Source: Candidatus Limnocylindrus sp. | GTDB taxonomy: Bacteria; Chloroflexota; Limnocylindria; Limnocylindrales; Limnocylindraceae | Assembly (NCBI GenBank): GCA_040397235.1 | Contig: JBBAWH010000006.1 | Span: 8,854-72,853 of the forward strand | Direction of reading: 5' to 3' | DNA: 64,000 nucleotides | Shown here: in pieces, positions 48,871 to 57,823 of the stretch | Position numbering within the stretch: position 1 is the stretch's first letter | How the letters are laid out: each line of letters opens with the position of its first letter | Position numbers and translations under genes: made by a program | The notes under the pieces: model-generated | What the model was told of the DNA's origin: nothing | Seen by the model: the letters and a program-made list of their open reading frames with translations, nothing else | Database searches by the model: none

Positions 48871-49599
48871 TCACAGCGGTCCGCTGATGCCGCCGTCCTT
48901 GCGGATCCGCCAGAAGTGGACCGCGAGAAAGACTGCCGCCAAGAGTGGGAAGACCATCACGTGCAGCACATAGAAGCGAAGCAGCGTGTTCTGCCCTACC
49001 TCGAGGCCGCCCAGCAGGAGCAGCTTCGATGGGGTGTTGAGGAGCGGCGCGTAGCCGGCCATGTTCGAGCCGATCGTGATCGCCCAGTAGGCGATCTGGT
49101 CCCACGGCAGCAGGTAGCCGGTGAAGCTGAGCATCAGGGTAAGGAAGAGCAGGATCACGCCAACGACCCAGTTGAATTCGCGTGGTGGCTTGTAAGCGCC
49201 GTGATAGAAGACGCGCATCATGTGCAGGAAGACGAAGAAGACCATGAGGTGCGCGCCCCAGCGGTGGATGTTGCGCGTGATCTGTCCGAATGGAATCAGC
49301 GTTTGAATCTTGAGAATGTCAGAGTAGGCCTGCGTCGCCGACGGCGCGTAGAAGAACATCAGGTAGACGCCCGTCACGGTAAGGACCAGGAAGAGGAAGA
49401 AGCTCAAGCCGCCGAGGCAGAAGGTGTAGGCGAACTTCACCGCATGCTGGCGCACGCGCACCGGATGGAGGTGCAGGAAGACGTTGTTCATCACCGCATA
49501 GGCGCGACTTCGCTCGTCGTTGGGGTAGGCGTTGCGGAAGACGGAGCGCCAGGCTGCAGACCTGCGAACCGCCTGATCGACCCTCGCCAGTAGGCTCAC
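48871..49599 (-). CDS. Cytochrome b6-type N-terminal subunit
   Basis: FCLGG (heme ci Cys), HRWGAH...LH, H-x14-H in helix D, GYLLPWDQ, GISGPL; GTG 49599 overlaps the upstream stop. Confidence 0.93.
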   Translation of the reverse strand: MSLLARVDQAVRRSAAWRSVFRNAYPNDERSRAYAVMNNVFLHLHPVRVRQHAVKFAYTFCLGGLSFFLFLVLTVTGVYLMFFYAPSATQAYSDILKIQTLIPFGQITRNIHRWGAHLMVFFVFLHMMRVFYHGAYKPPREFNWVVGVILLFLTLMLSFTGYLLPWDQIAYWAITIGSNMAGYAPLLNTPSKLLLLGGLEVGQNTLLRFYVLHVMVFPLLAAVFLAVHFWRIRKDGGISGPL

Positions 49600-51458
49600 T
49601 GTGCCCCTCCCGCTACGCCAGCGACTCCGGCCAACTGACCATCCCGGTAGGACTCCTTGTAGAGGCGTCCGTCCGAGCTGATCTCTTGTAGTTCGAACCT
49701 CTCCATCGTAATCGCGTCGAAGGGACAGCGCTTTACGCAGAGGGCGCAGCGGATGCAGCGCTCCTCGTCTAGGAGCATTGCCGCACCGTTCTCCCAGCCG
49801 TACGCCTCGGAGAGTTCGGGAAGGGCGCCCTCCGACTTGAGCTGGTTGATGTCGACCATGTGGATGACCCCCTCGGGGCATACGTCGGCGCAGGCGCCGC
49901 AGAGGACGCAGCGCATCGGGTCGAACCAGATGTTGTAGTTGCACATGAGGCAACGGGTGCTCTCGGCGACTGCCTGCTGCGCGCCGTAGCCGAGCTCAAC
50001 CTGGGTGGCAAAGTTCTCTGTCGGGTCCCCTGACGGAAGGCGCGCGGCCAGCGGCAGCACCGGGATGTGCTGGCGTGGGATGCGGTCGTAGAACTCGGGC
50101 ATCTCATGGCGCCACGAGCTGGTGATCTTCACGTTGGTGTCGACGGTGATCTCGGCCTGTCCGTCGAGGTAGCGGTCGATGGCGTATGCGCACTTCTTGG
50201 CGTGGCCCGCCGCCTCGATCATGGTGGCAGGGCCGGTGACGAAGTCGCCGCAGGCCCAGACCCCCTTGATGTTGGTGGCGTAGGTGGCCGGGTCAACCTT
50301 TACGCGACCGCGCGCGACTTCGAAGGTGCTCTCAACCGGGAGGAAGCCTAGCTCGGAGGCTTGCGACACGGCGGGGATCACGGTGTCAGCTGGCAGGATG
50401 AACTCGGAGCCTTCAATTGGAACTGGGCTGCGGCGACCAGATGCGTCTGGCTCGCCGAGACGATTCTTGATCATGCGCACACCGGTGATGTTGCCGTTCT
50501 CCCCGATCACTTCGAGTGGCGAGACGAGGAAGTCCATGCGCACACCCTCGCGTTCCGTCTCGCCGAGCTCCTCCTCGTCAACGACGAGCTCGGAACGGGT
50601 GCGACGATAGGCGATGGTGACGCGCTCTGCACCGTGGCGGAGCGAGGTGCGTGAGCAATCCATGGCGGTATAGCCGCCACCGATGACGACCACATCTTTG
50701 CCGACGCTGAGCGGCTTGCCGAGGTTGGCATCTTTCATGAAGTCCACGCCGTAGACGAGTCCGTTCAGATCGGCGCCCGGAACATCGAGGGCAACGGCGT
50801 TCATGGCGCCGGCGCAGATCGCGATCGCGTTGTACTGCTGCTGCAACTGCTCGAAGGTGATGTCGCGACCGACCTCGGTGTTGTAGACAAACTTCACGCC
50901 GAGTCGCTCAATGAGGCGCACGTCGGTCTCGATCGCCTCGCGCGGAAGTCGGAAGGCAGGAACGCCGATGAGCATCGTGCCACCGCCGTACGGCAGGCTG
51001 TCGTAGACGGTGACCTGGTAGCCCTTCACGGCAAGCTCGCGCGCAACGGAGAGGCCGGCAGGGCCAGCACCAATCACGGCGACGCTCTCGGCGCGTGGCG
51101 TGATCTCTGGCGCAACGTCGGGGATGCCCGACGCGGCGTGCCACTCAACAAGGAAGCGCTTCATCGCGCGAATCGCGAGCGGTCGATCGATGTCGCCGCG
51201 GCGACAGGCGCGCTCGCACGGCGCGGAGCAGACGTACGAACACATGGCGGCAATCGGGTTCGGCTCGCGGGAGAGGAGGTAGCCCTCTTCGAACCGACCC
51301 TCGGCGGCCAGGTTGAGGTAGCCGCGGCAGTTGGTGCCGACAGGGCAGGCCTCTTGGCACTCGATGTTGCACTGAAGCCAGGAGGCGTCTACTGGCTGGA
51401 CGAGGAAGTCCTGCGTTTCAAGCGTCACAGTGAGCCTTTCGGTGTTGCCGCGAGTCAT
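49596..51458 (-). CDS. GltD/NfnB-like FAD/NAD(P)H oxidoreductase with N-terminal Fe-S clusters and a C-terminal 2[4Fe-4S] domain
   Basis: CQEACP, CSYVCSAPCERAC, GAGPAG, GGGYTAMD + YRR, RCLMC, CVLCGACADVCP, CIRCALCVKRCP. Confidence 0.9.
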   Translation of the reverse strand: MTRGNTERLTVTLETQDFLVQPVDASWLQCNIECQEACPVGTNCRGYLNLAAEGRFEEGYLLSREPNPIAAMCSYVCSAPCERACRRGDIDRPLAIRAMKRFLVEWHAASGIPDVAPEITPRAESVAVIGAGPAGLSVARELAVKGYQVTVYDSLPYGGGTMLIGVPAFRLPREAIETDVRLIERLGVKFVYNTEVGRDITFEQLQQQYNAIAICAGAMNAVALDVPGADLNGLVYGVDFMKDANLGKPLSVGKDVVVIGGGYTAMDCSRTSLRHGAERVTIAYRRTRSELVVDEEELGETEREGVRMDFLVSPLEVIGENGNITGVRMIKNRLGEPDASGRRSPVPIEGSEFILPADTVIPAVSQASELGFLPVESTFEVARGRVKVDPATYATNIKGVWACGDFVTGPATMIEAAGHAKKCAYAIDRYLDGQAEITVDTNVKITSSWRHEMPEFYDRIPRQHIPVLPLAARLPSGDPTENFATQVELGYGAQQAVAESTRCLMCNYNIWFDPMRCVLCGACADVCPEGVIHMVDINQLKSEGALPELSEAYGWENGAAMLLDEERCIRCALCVKRCPFDAITMERFELQEISSDGRLYKESYRDGQLAGVAGVAGGAQ

Positions 51459-51607
51459 TGCTTGCAGGCCTAAGGGTAGCAGGGGCTCCCCAAAAGCGTG
51501 CTCAACGCGATAGTTGCAATCTGGCCACTTTTCCTTGTACTGAACGTGAATTTCTGCCAGAATCGCCGCCTAAGGCGGTGCCGGCGTCCCCCCAAAGGCA
51601 CCGCCTT

Positions 51608-52093
51608 TTATCCCCTCTGGCTGGTGATCTCCGCAAGCACCTCTGCCGCATGCCCGGTCGGGGTCACGCTCTCCCAGACCTTCGCCACCCGCCCCTCGGG
51701 GTTGATGAGGAAGGTGACCCGATGGGTGCTCATGAAGCTCTTCCCCATCATCTGCTTCTCGCCCCAGACCCCGTAGGTCTCGGCGACCTGATGGTCGAGG
51801 TCGGAGAGGATCGGGAAGTTCAGCGAGAACTTGTCGCGGAAGGCCGCCTTGCTCGACTGGTCGTCAGGGCTCACACCCCAGACGAGTGCGCCCGCCGCCT
51901 GCAGGGCTGTCTCCGAATCGCGGAACTCGCAAGCCTCAATGGTGCAGCCAGGGGTGTCATCCTTCGGATAGAAGTAGATGACCAGCCACTTACTACGCGC
52001 AGCAAGGGTGCTGTGCTCTCCGCCCGTCGCATCGCGCAACGTGAAGGCTGGGGCTTCGCTACCGGCGGGTGGGAACGCCTTAAATGGACTCAT
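51608..52093 (-). CDS. bcp: Peroxiredoxin BCP/PrxQ
   Basis: YFYPKDDTPGCTIEAC. Confidence 0.93.
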   Translation of the reverse strand: MSPFKAFPPAGSEAPAFTLRDATGGEHSTLAARSKWLVIYFYPKDDTPGCTIEACEFRDSETALQAAGALVWGVSPDDQSSKAAFRDKFSLNFPILSDLDHQVAETYGVWGEKQMMGKSFMSTHRVTFLINPEGRVAKVWESVTPTGHAAEVLAEITSQRG

Positions 52094-54225
52094 GCCGCGA
52101 GTATAGCCTCGACAACGGCGCGGGCCACCGAGACCAGGAGACCGCCAAGGCTGAGGCTCACGATGAGCAGATCCGCACGACCAAATTTTGACGGTCGCCG
52201 TCGTGTTGGTGGCGCTTTACCTGTTGGGAGGCGCACGCCGCGCACCTCAAGGGCGATCGCCAGTTGTGGCACGGCGCGAATCACCGAATCAAACATGTCC
52301 ACGAGGAGCAGCGGATCTGCGCCGCTTCGAGTGAGTCGGCCAATCGCGCGGCGTTCACGCGCCTCATCGCGCAGTGTCGGAATTCGCGCGGCGGTAGCGA
52401 GCAGAGCCATCGTTGGCGCGAATGGTGCACGGAGTTTTTCGATGAGCGTATCCGCCATGCGTAACGGTTCAAACGGGCGCAAGAGCACCAGGCTACCGGC
52501 GGCAAAGGCGAGGAGTCGCGTGCCAGCGCCGACCGCCTCTTCGACTGATGCGCCGCCGAAGAGGTTGGCGAGCACGATGCCCGCGAGCGCCGGTGTGAGC
52601 GCCAAGGCGAGTTTCAGTGTGGCAAGAATCTGCACACCAGAGACCCACGCCACCACGAGCACTGGAAGGGCGATCGCCACCTGTGCCACCGGCGTTGCGG
52701 GGCTCGCAGCAGCGAGGGCGAACCAGAAGAGAGCAAGGCCAAGGCGCGTGAGTGGATTGGCTGTACCGATCAGTCTTCGGCCGAGCTCTGGCGAGAGGAG
52801 ACGTTCGGCGCTCTCGGCGACTCGCGCCGCAGGCGCTGGCAGGAGCGCCGCGAGGCCACCCTCGGCGATCTCGACGCTGCTCCCTGTCTCCTCGGGGTGG
52901 CGCACTCGGCGCAGCGGCCACGCGTCTGGGCGGCTCAGCGCACCCAGCCGTGCGTCGTGCGTGGCAATCAGCACAGCGCTCGTGCCGAGCAGCTCCCGAT
53001 CGCCAAGTAGATCGCAGAGCGCCGCAACGCGCGCGTCGTCGAGGCCACCACTCGGCTCGTCGAGCAGGAGAACGTCTGGGGCTGCGGCAAGGGTCACGAC
53101 GATCGCGAGTCGACGCCGCTCGCCGTCAGATAGTCGCCCAGGCGACGCGTCGAGAAGATGAGTGACGTCGAGGCGTTGGGCAAGGACTTCGGCACGGGCG
53201 GCATCACCTACGGCAATCAGCGCACGCGCCGGACGTGCGCCGAGAAGGAGGCCCGAATCTTGCGGCGCGAATCTGATCCGCAGTTCAGGTGTGGCGATTC
53301 GTTCGCCCCCATCAAGTGGCAGCGTCCCCGCCACAAGATGTAGGAGGGTGGACTTACCGCTCCCCGTGTCGCCGGTGAGTAGCGTTGTGGCGCCGCGCAT
53401 CACGGCGAGGCTTGACGGCCCCACCGCGCGACCCTCCGCAGTGGCGCGCACCAGTTGCACGATCGGTGCCCCACCTCCGACGTCGCTGCGCATCTCACTC
53501 CAGGCTGGCGCAGCCGCTGGCACCACTGCCGTCGCGACGACCCTGCCGTTTTCGAGGCTGATGTGCTCTGCCGTTACGGAGCTCAGCAGCGAGAGGTCAT
53601 GTGCCGCAATCACGCGCGTCGCACCACTCTCGCGCAACGTCGCTGCCAAGCGTTCTGCTGATCGTGCGTCAAGACCACCAAGCGGCTCATCGGCGATGAG
53701 GAGATCGGGCGATGCGACAAGGGCGACGAGTGCCGCCGCCGCCGATCGCTCGCCACCGCTAAACGTGGTGAGACTGCGATCAATCAGGGCGACCTCTACC
53801 GCCGCGTCGCGCGCATAAAGCTCGATAAGCGAGCGCATCTCCTCGGTGGGAACCCCTCGCGACTCCAGCGGTAGCGCCGCATCATCTAGTAGGAGCGGCA
53901 ACGCATAGGTGGGGGCGGGGCCAGCCGCCACGTAACCGAGCCGCTCGCTGAGCGCACGTGGAATCCCTGACTCCGTTGCAGCGGCCGCAATCAAGTCGAT
54001 CCCGCCGACACAAAGCTGCCCGCGCAGTTCGCCCGGAAGCACCGTGCCGAGCATCCCAGCGATCGCGCGCAAGAGGGTGCTCTTCCCTGCGCCAGAGGCG
54101 CCGCTCACAAGGAGCAGCCCACCGGCGGGAAGGCTGATCGAGGTTCCGCGCAGGTCGAGCGTGAGCCGATCAGATCCGGCCGGGCGCCAGGTCAGATCGG
54201 CGATCTCTAGAGCGAGCGGCGGCAC
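52090..54225 (-). CDS. ECF transporter, fused ATPase-ATPase-T component
   Basis: Two Walker A (GASGAGKST, GDTGSGKST), FSGGE/LSDGE, DEP motifs; C-terminal NPLTRL...ALEVRG T domain. Confidence 0.8.
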   Translation of the reverse strand: MPPLALEIADLTWRPAGSDRLTLDLRGTSISLPAGGLLLVSGASGAGKSTLLRAIAGMLGTVLPGELRGQLCVGGIDLIAAAATESGIPRALSERLGYVAAGPAPTYALPLLLDDAALPLESRGVPTEEMRSLIELYARDAAVEVALIDRSLTTFSGGERSAAAALVALVASPDLLIADEPLGGLDARSAERLAATLRESGATRVIAAHDLSLLSSVTAEHISLENGRVVATAVVPAAAPAWSEMRSDVGGGAPIVQLVRATAEGRAVGPSSLAVMRGATTLLTGDTGSGKSTLLHLVAGTLPLDGGERIATPELRIRFAPQDSGLLLGARPARALIAVGDAARAEVLAQRLDVTHLLDASPGRLSDGERRRLAIVVTLAAAPDVLLLDEPSGGLDDARVAALCDLLGDRELLGTSAVLIATHDARLGALSRPDAWPLRRVRHPEETGSSVEIAEGGLAALLPAPAARVAESAERLLSPELGRRLIGTANPLTRLGLALFWFALAAASPATPVAQVAIALPVLVVAWVSGVQILATLKLALALTPALAGIVLANLFGGASVEEAVGAGTRLLAFAAGSLVLLRPFEPLRMADTLIEKLRAPFAPTMALLATAARIPTLRDEARERRAIGRLTRSGADPLLLVDMFDSVIRAVPQLAIALEVRGVRLPTGKAPPTRRRPSKFGRADLLIVSLSLGGLLVSVARAVVEAILAA

Positions 54226-54229
54226 GCCG

Positions 54230-54787
54230 TTAGGAACCGATCAGGTCAAGGGCACCGCTACGTCGAAGAGCCTTGCGCAAGAGCAGTGCACCGAGGCCAC
54301 CGATGATCGCCGAGCTTGCCACCATCGCCGCCACCAGGGCTGCTGCGAACGAGGTGCTGACGTCGGGGAAGTAGAGGGGTAGATCATGCAGCGCCATGCC
54401 GACTCCCGAGAGTGCGCCAGCGGCCAGCGCCACGCGCCAACCGGCGACGCGATAGCCGACAGCGGCGAAGGCGAGTTCTGCGCCGATCCCTTGCGCTGCG
54501 CCAGAGAAGATCGCATCAACCGACCACTGGCTCGCGAGCAAGAACGAGACAGAGGCGGCGATCATCTCACCGGCGAGTGCCGCACCAGGGCGACGCACGA
54601 TCAGTCCGGCGAGTGGCCCAGCAATCACCCACGTGCCAGCGAACAACAAATACTGCAACGGCAGAACGGCGGCGAAGAGTGGTGATGCGGCGCCCCACAC
54701 CAGATTCCATCCGGCGAAGAGCACGCCTGAGGCGATGCCGATCGTTGCCACGGTGACGAGATCCATAAGTCCCCACGAACGCTTCAT
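54230..54787 (-). CDS. ECF S component (YkoE-like; thiamine/HMP)
   Basis: GLIVRRPGAALAGEMIAA, QGIGAELAF; in a TPP-riboswitch operon. Confidence 0.85.
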   Translation of the reverse strand: MKRSWGLMDLVTVATIGIASGVLFAGWNLVWGAASPLFAAVLPLQYLLFAGTWVIAGPLAGLIVRRPGAALAGEMIAASVSFLLASQWSVDAIFSGAAQGIGAELAFAAVGYRVAGWRVALAAGALSGVGMALHDLPLYFPDVSTSFAAALVAAMVASSAIIGGLGALLLRKALRRSGALDLIGS

Positions 54788-54788
54788 G

Positions 54789-55442
54789 CTACGCCTCCCC
54801 TTCACTCACGAGCACGGCACCGTTGTGGGCCGTGATGATTGACTCTGTGGCAGTTGCCACATTAGAAATTCCCCGCGTGCTGCCAGCAAGGAGCAGCGCA
54901 GAGGCAAGTGGCCAACGCACACCGGTCGCAGAGACCGTTGCATCGCCACCCCATGGCGTGATCGAAATGATGCGACCAGGTGTGCCGCGCAAGGTGACCC
55001 TTGCGCCACTACGCAGCAGCTGCGTCCGTGTCTGCTCATCAAGGATCACAACGTCTGCAGCGCCGCAGCGTGGGTGTGCCAACAGCGCAAGGGTGCCAAT
55101 AGCGTGATCACTGCGGCCGCCCCAGGTGCAGAGCAGCGTGATCTCAGTCGCACCCGCATCGAGCGCCGCAAGAAGGGCGAGCTCGGTGTCGGTTGCATCT
55201 TTATTGGTCGGGAAGCGCGTCACGGTCACACCAGCCGCTTCGAGTTCAACAACGTCGCTTGCGCTGAGCGAATCAAAATCACCGACCACCCGGTGGAGGG
55301 GTAGACCGAGTGGTGCCGCGTGCCGGGCGCCGCCATCGGCGGCGATCACCAGTTCGGCGTCACGCCATCCGGGCCAGTGCGTATCGAGCAGCGCCGGATC
55401 GGGTCGATCGCCCCCCGCAAGAATCAACGCGCGCACAGGCAC
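54789..55442 (-). CDS. thiN: Thiamine pyrophosphokinase
   Basis: AADGG, GDFDS, KDATDTELA, GGRSDH, RGISN. Confidence 0.92.
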   Translation of the reverse strand: MPVRALILAGGDRPDPALLDTHWPGWRDAELVIAADGGARHAAPLGLPLHRVVGDFDSLSASDVVELEAAGVTVTRFPTNKDATDTELALLAALDAGATEITLLCTWGGRSDHAIGTLALLAHPRCGAADVVILDEQTRTQLLRSGARVTLRGTPGRIISITPWGGDATVSATGVRWPLASALLLAGSTRGISNVATATESIITAHNGAVLVSEGEA

Positions 55443-55469
55443 CTCGCTCTCTATCGCGCGGGGTACACC

Positions 55470-55560
55470 TGCGTCCTCCCTTCGCCGGCATGACCCGGAT
55501 CAGGTTCGTAGGGTTCGCGGACCTTCCGCATCTCAGCGCCCGATGGCGCTCCCCTGTCGC
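55470..55560 (-). ncRNA. TPP riboswitch
   Basis: Minus strand GGGGAGC..GCTGAGA..ACCC..GAACCTGATCCGGGTCATGCCGGCGAAGGGA upstream of thiN; ends approximate. Confidence 0.93.
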
Positions 55561-55572
55561 GATGGCATCAGT

Positions 55573-56220
55573 CTAGCGCTTTGCTCCGTCGAGAAGCGTG
55601 GCAACCCAGTCGGCAACGGAGGGGGCGTGCTCGTGCGCATCAGCCGTATAGAAGTCGTCGGGGTGGAAGAAGGGCGAGTGGATGCCGACCGCATGCGCCC
55701 CTGCAGCGCGCGCCATGCGCACGTCGTCGAGGGTGTCGCCGAGGTAGGCCGTCTCGGCTGGCGTGGATGCGTGACCGAGTGCGGCAAGCCCGCGGCGGAG
55801 CGGTGCTGGGTCGGGCTTCTGCTCGACTGAGTCATCGCCATACACAGCCGAGCCGATCAGGTCGGCGACGCCGGTGCGGCGCAGCTGCCCGGCAACAACC
55901 TTGCGGTCGCCAGCGGTAACGATGCCGAGGGGGATCCCTGCAGCGACGAGTCGCTCCAGCGCCGGGTAGGCGCCAGGGAGGAGTTCTGCACTGTGCCCCT
56001 TATAGGCACCGTGCCAGACGTCGGCTGCGCCTTCAACAAGGTGCTCGGGGACGCCGAGGGCGGCGTACATGCGGCGCCAGTTCGGTGAGAAGGCGGCCCC
56101 ATACCGCTCGCGGGTGAGGGGTGGGAGGCCGAAGGACTTCATCACGGCAACGTTGGCCTCATAGACGTGCTCGGTCGTATCAATAAGGGTCCCATCCCAG
56201 TCGAACAACACAGCCTTCAT
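55573..56220 (-). CDS. HAD family hydrolase
   Basis: FDWDGTL, KPDP, YLGDTLDD. Confidence 0.9.
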   Translation of the reverse strand: MKAVLFDWDGTLIDTTEHVYEANVAVMKSFGLPPLTRERYGAAFSPNWRRMYAALGVPEHLVEGAADVWHGAYKGHSAELLPGAYPALERLVAAGIPLGIVTAGDRKVVAGQLRRTGVADLIGSAVYGDDSVEQKPDPAPLRRGLAALGHASTPAETAYLGDTLDDVRMARAAGAHAVGIHSPFFHPDDFYTADAHEHAPSVADWVATLLDGAKR

Positions 56221-56253
56221 TCCCTAAGCGTACGTCGCGCCTAGAATCGCTGG

Positions 56254-56868
56254 GTGAACGAACGTACGAGCGCCCCCATCCCAACCGGAGCCGGCGAGCC
56301 GAAGAGTCGCATCAGCGACTTCCCGGGCGGCCTGCACGTTCGCGCCACCTGGGGGAGCAGCGGCCAGGCTGCCGCGGTCTTCGCCCTCTCGGAAGTCGGC
56401 GCCACCCTCGTGGACCATGGCGCACTCGGCGCCGGCGCCGAGGGTGACCCTGATCGACTCTGCCGCATGGAGCTTCGCGTTGAGACGCCGGGCGGCGCTT
56501 GGGCGGTACGACTCGCCACCGTCATCTACGACGAGCCGCGCGCAATCCATTGGGACGACGCCCAACTCTTTGTGGTCGGGTACGGCTTCACCGTCTACGC
56601 CTTCGGCGCACGCACCGGCGCGCTCGTTTGGAGTCATCAAACTGGGACACCGGTAGTGGAGTTGATCGCCTCACCGAGATTCGGTCATGTGATCGTTCAG
56701 AGCGAGGTTGAGACCTGGGCGATTCGCGGTGACGGTGAGGTGCGCTGGCGACTGGCGCACAGCGATGTTGTTGGTGCCGCCGAACTGATCGGCGGTCGAC
56801 TGGTCGTCACCAGCATCAATGGTGACGTGCAGGCGATCGACCCCGACAGCGGCAAGCAAGGTTCATGA
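56254..56868 (+). CDS. Hypothetical protein with PQQ-like beta-propeller repeats
   Basis: YAF.ARTG..VW, GEVRW, AIDPDSGK. Confidence 0.6.
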   Translation: MNERTSAPIPTGAGEPKSRISDFPGGLHVRATWGSSGQAAAVFALSEVGATLVDHGALGAGAEGDPDRLCRMELRVETPGGAWAVRLATVIYDEPRAIHWDDAQLFVVGYGFTVYAFGARTGALVWSHQTGTPVVELIASPRFGHVIVQSEVETWAIRGDGEVRWRLAHSDVVGAAELIGGRLVVTSINGDVQAIDPDSGKQGS

Positions 56869-57806
56869 ACCCCATCGCGCTGATCGGCGCCGCGCTAATC
56901 GTTGTCGGACTGCTGCTCACGCGACGTGCCGATGTGCGCACGCGCGCAGGGCAACTACTCGCCGGCCTCTCCCCCGTCTCCCCGACCGAGGCGCTCCGCC
57001 TTGCCGCGTTACGTGGCGATTCGGCACCGTATCTAGCCATCAAGGGGAGCATCGACGCGCCAGAGATCTTTGAGGACGAGAACCATCGGCCACTCGTCTT
57101 CCGTCGTGAGCGCGTCTCCATTGCCGACGAGGGGAGTTGGCGTGTGATTGATGTCGCCGTGCGCAGCCTCCCATTTGTCATTAGTGATGCAAGCAGCACC
57201 ATCAGCGTCGCGGCCGCAGATCTTGCCGACGGGCTGGTAGTAGTTGAGCGACGTTGGAAGGGGAGCGTCGCCGAGCTCCATGCCACGGGTCGCGAGTATC
57301 AGAGCCCCGAGACGGCGGCGCTGGTTGCCGCGATTGCGGCGAGTGACCCGAAGCGCGGCGCGCGCGTTGGCCTGGAGCAGATCAGCAACTTGGATCGCGC
57401 CACCGCAGCCGGCCAACTCGTTGACGGAGAGCTGCGCGCCGGTGTTGGTCGACCGCTCGTCGTGACCACGCTCGAGCGAGCCGAGGCGCTGCGACTCCTT
57501 GGCGGCGAGGGGCGCGGGCGGCTCGCCAGCAGCACGGCGGCGCTCGCCCTCCTGGCACTCGGCCTCCTGCTGCTCCTAGGTGGCATCGCGCTCACGCTTG
57601 CCTCGCCCGCACTCGTTACCGACGCGGCGAGCCCCTCCCCAGTACCCGCACCGACGCCAACGCCAGAGTCTGGCGATGCGCGCAACGGCGGGGTTGGCGT
57701 TGGCCCCGGCGGACTACTCGGCCTCGCCCTGATGTTCGCCCTCCCCCTCCTCTTCGCCGCCATGGTCGTGCTGATCACGCGACTCGCGACTCGCCAACGC
57801 CGCTAA
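56865..57806 (+). CDS. Hypothetical membrane protein
   Basis: N-terminal TM, soluble domain, two C-terminal TMs; ATGA coupling. Confidence 0.65.
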   Translation: MNPIALIGAALIVVGLLLTRRADVRTRAGQLLAGLSPVSPTEALRLAALRGDSAPYLAIKGSIDAPEIFEDENHRPLVFRRERVSIADEGSWRVIDVAVRSLPFVISDASSTISVAAADLADGLVVVERRWKGSVAELHATGREYQSPETAALVAAIAASDPKRGARVGLEQISNLDRATAAGQLVDGELRAGVGRPLVVTTLERAEALRLLGGEGRGRLASSTAALALLALGLLLLLGGIALTLASPALVTDAASPSPVPAPTPTPESGDARNGGVGVGPGGLLGLALMFALPLLFAAMVVLITRLATRQRR

Positions 57807-57823
57807 CCCAGTACGATCGCGCC

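Noticed and set aside
49600-49953. N-terminal extension of cytochrome b in the ORF track
   Set aside because: Overlaps the ferredoxin domain of the upstream gene in another frame; GTG 49599 with GGAGG RBS and GTGA coupling is the better start
49596-51458. Glutamate synthase small subunit (gltD) call
   Set aside because: No gltB nearby, extra C-terminal ferredoxin domain, and coupling to cytochrome b
51500-51565. Rex/FNR-like operator upstream of the Rieske/b operon
   Set aside because: AT-rich, but only a weak 6-bp inverted repeat (TCTGGC/GCCAGA) with long spacing; no convincing consensus match
51458-53161. 567-aa plus-strand ORF
   Set aside because: Antisense shadow of bcp and the ECF gene; Ser/Arg/Ala-rich with no motifs, typical of high-GC DNA
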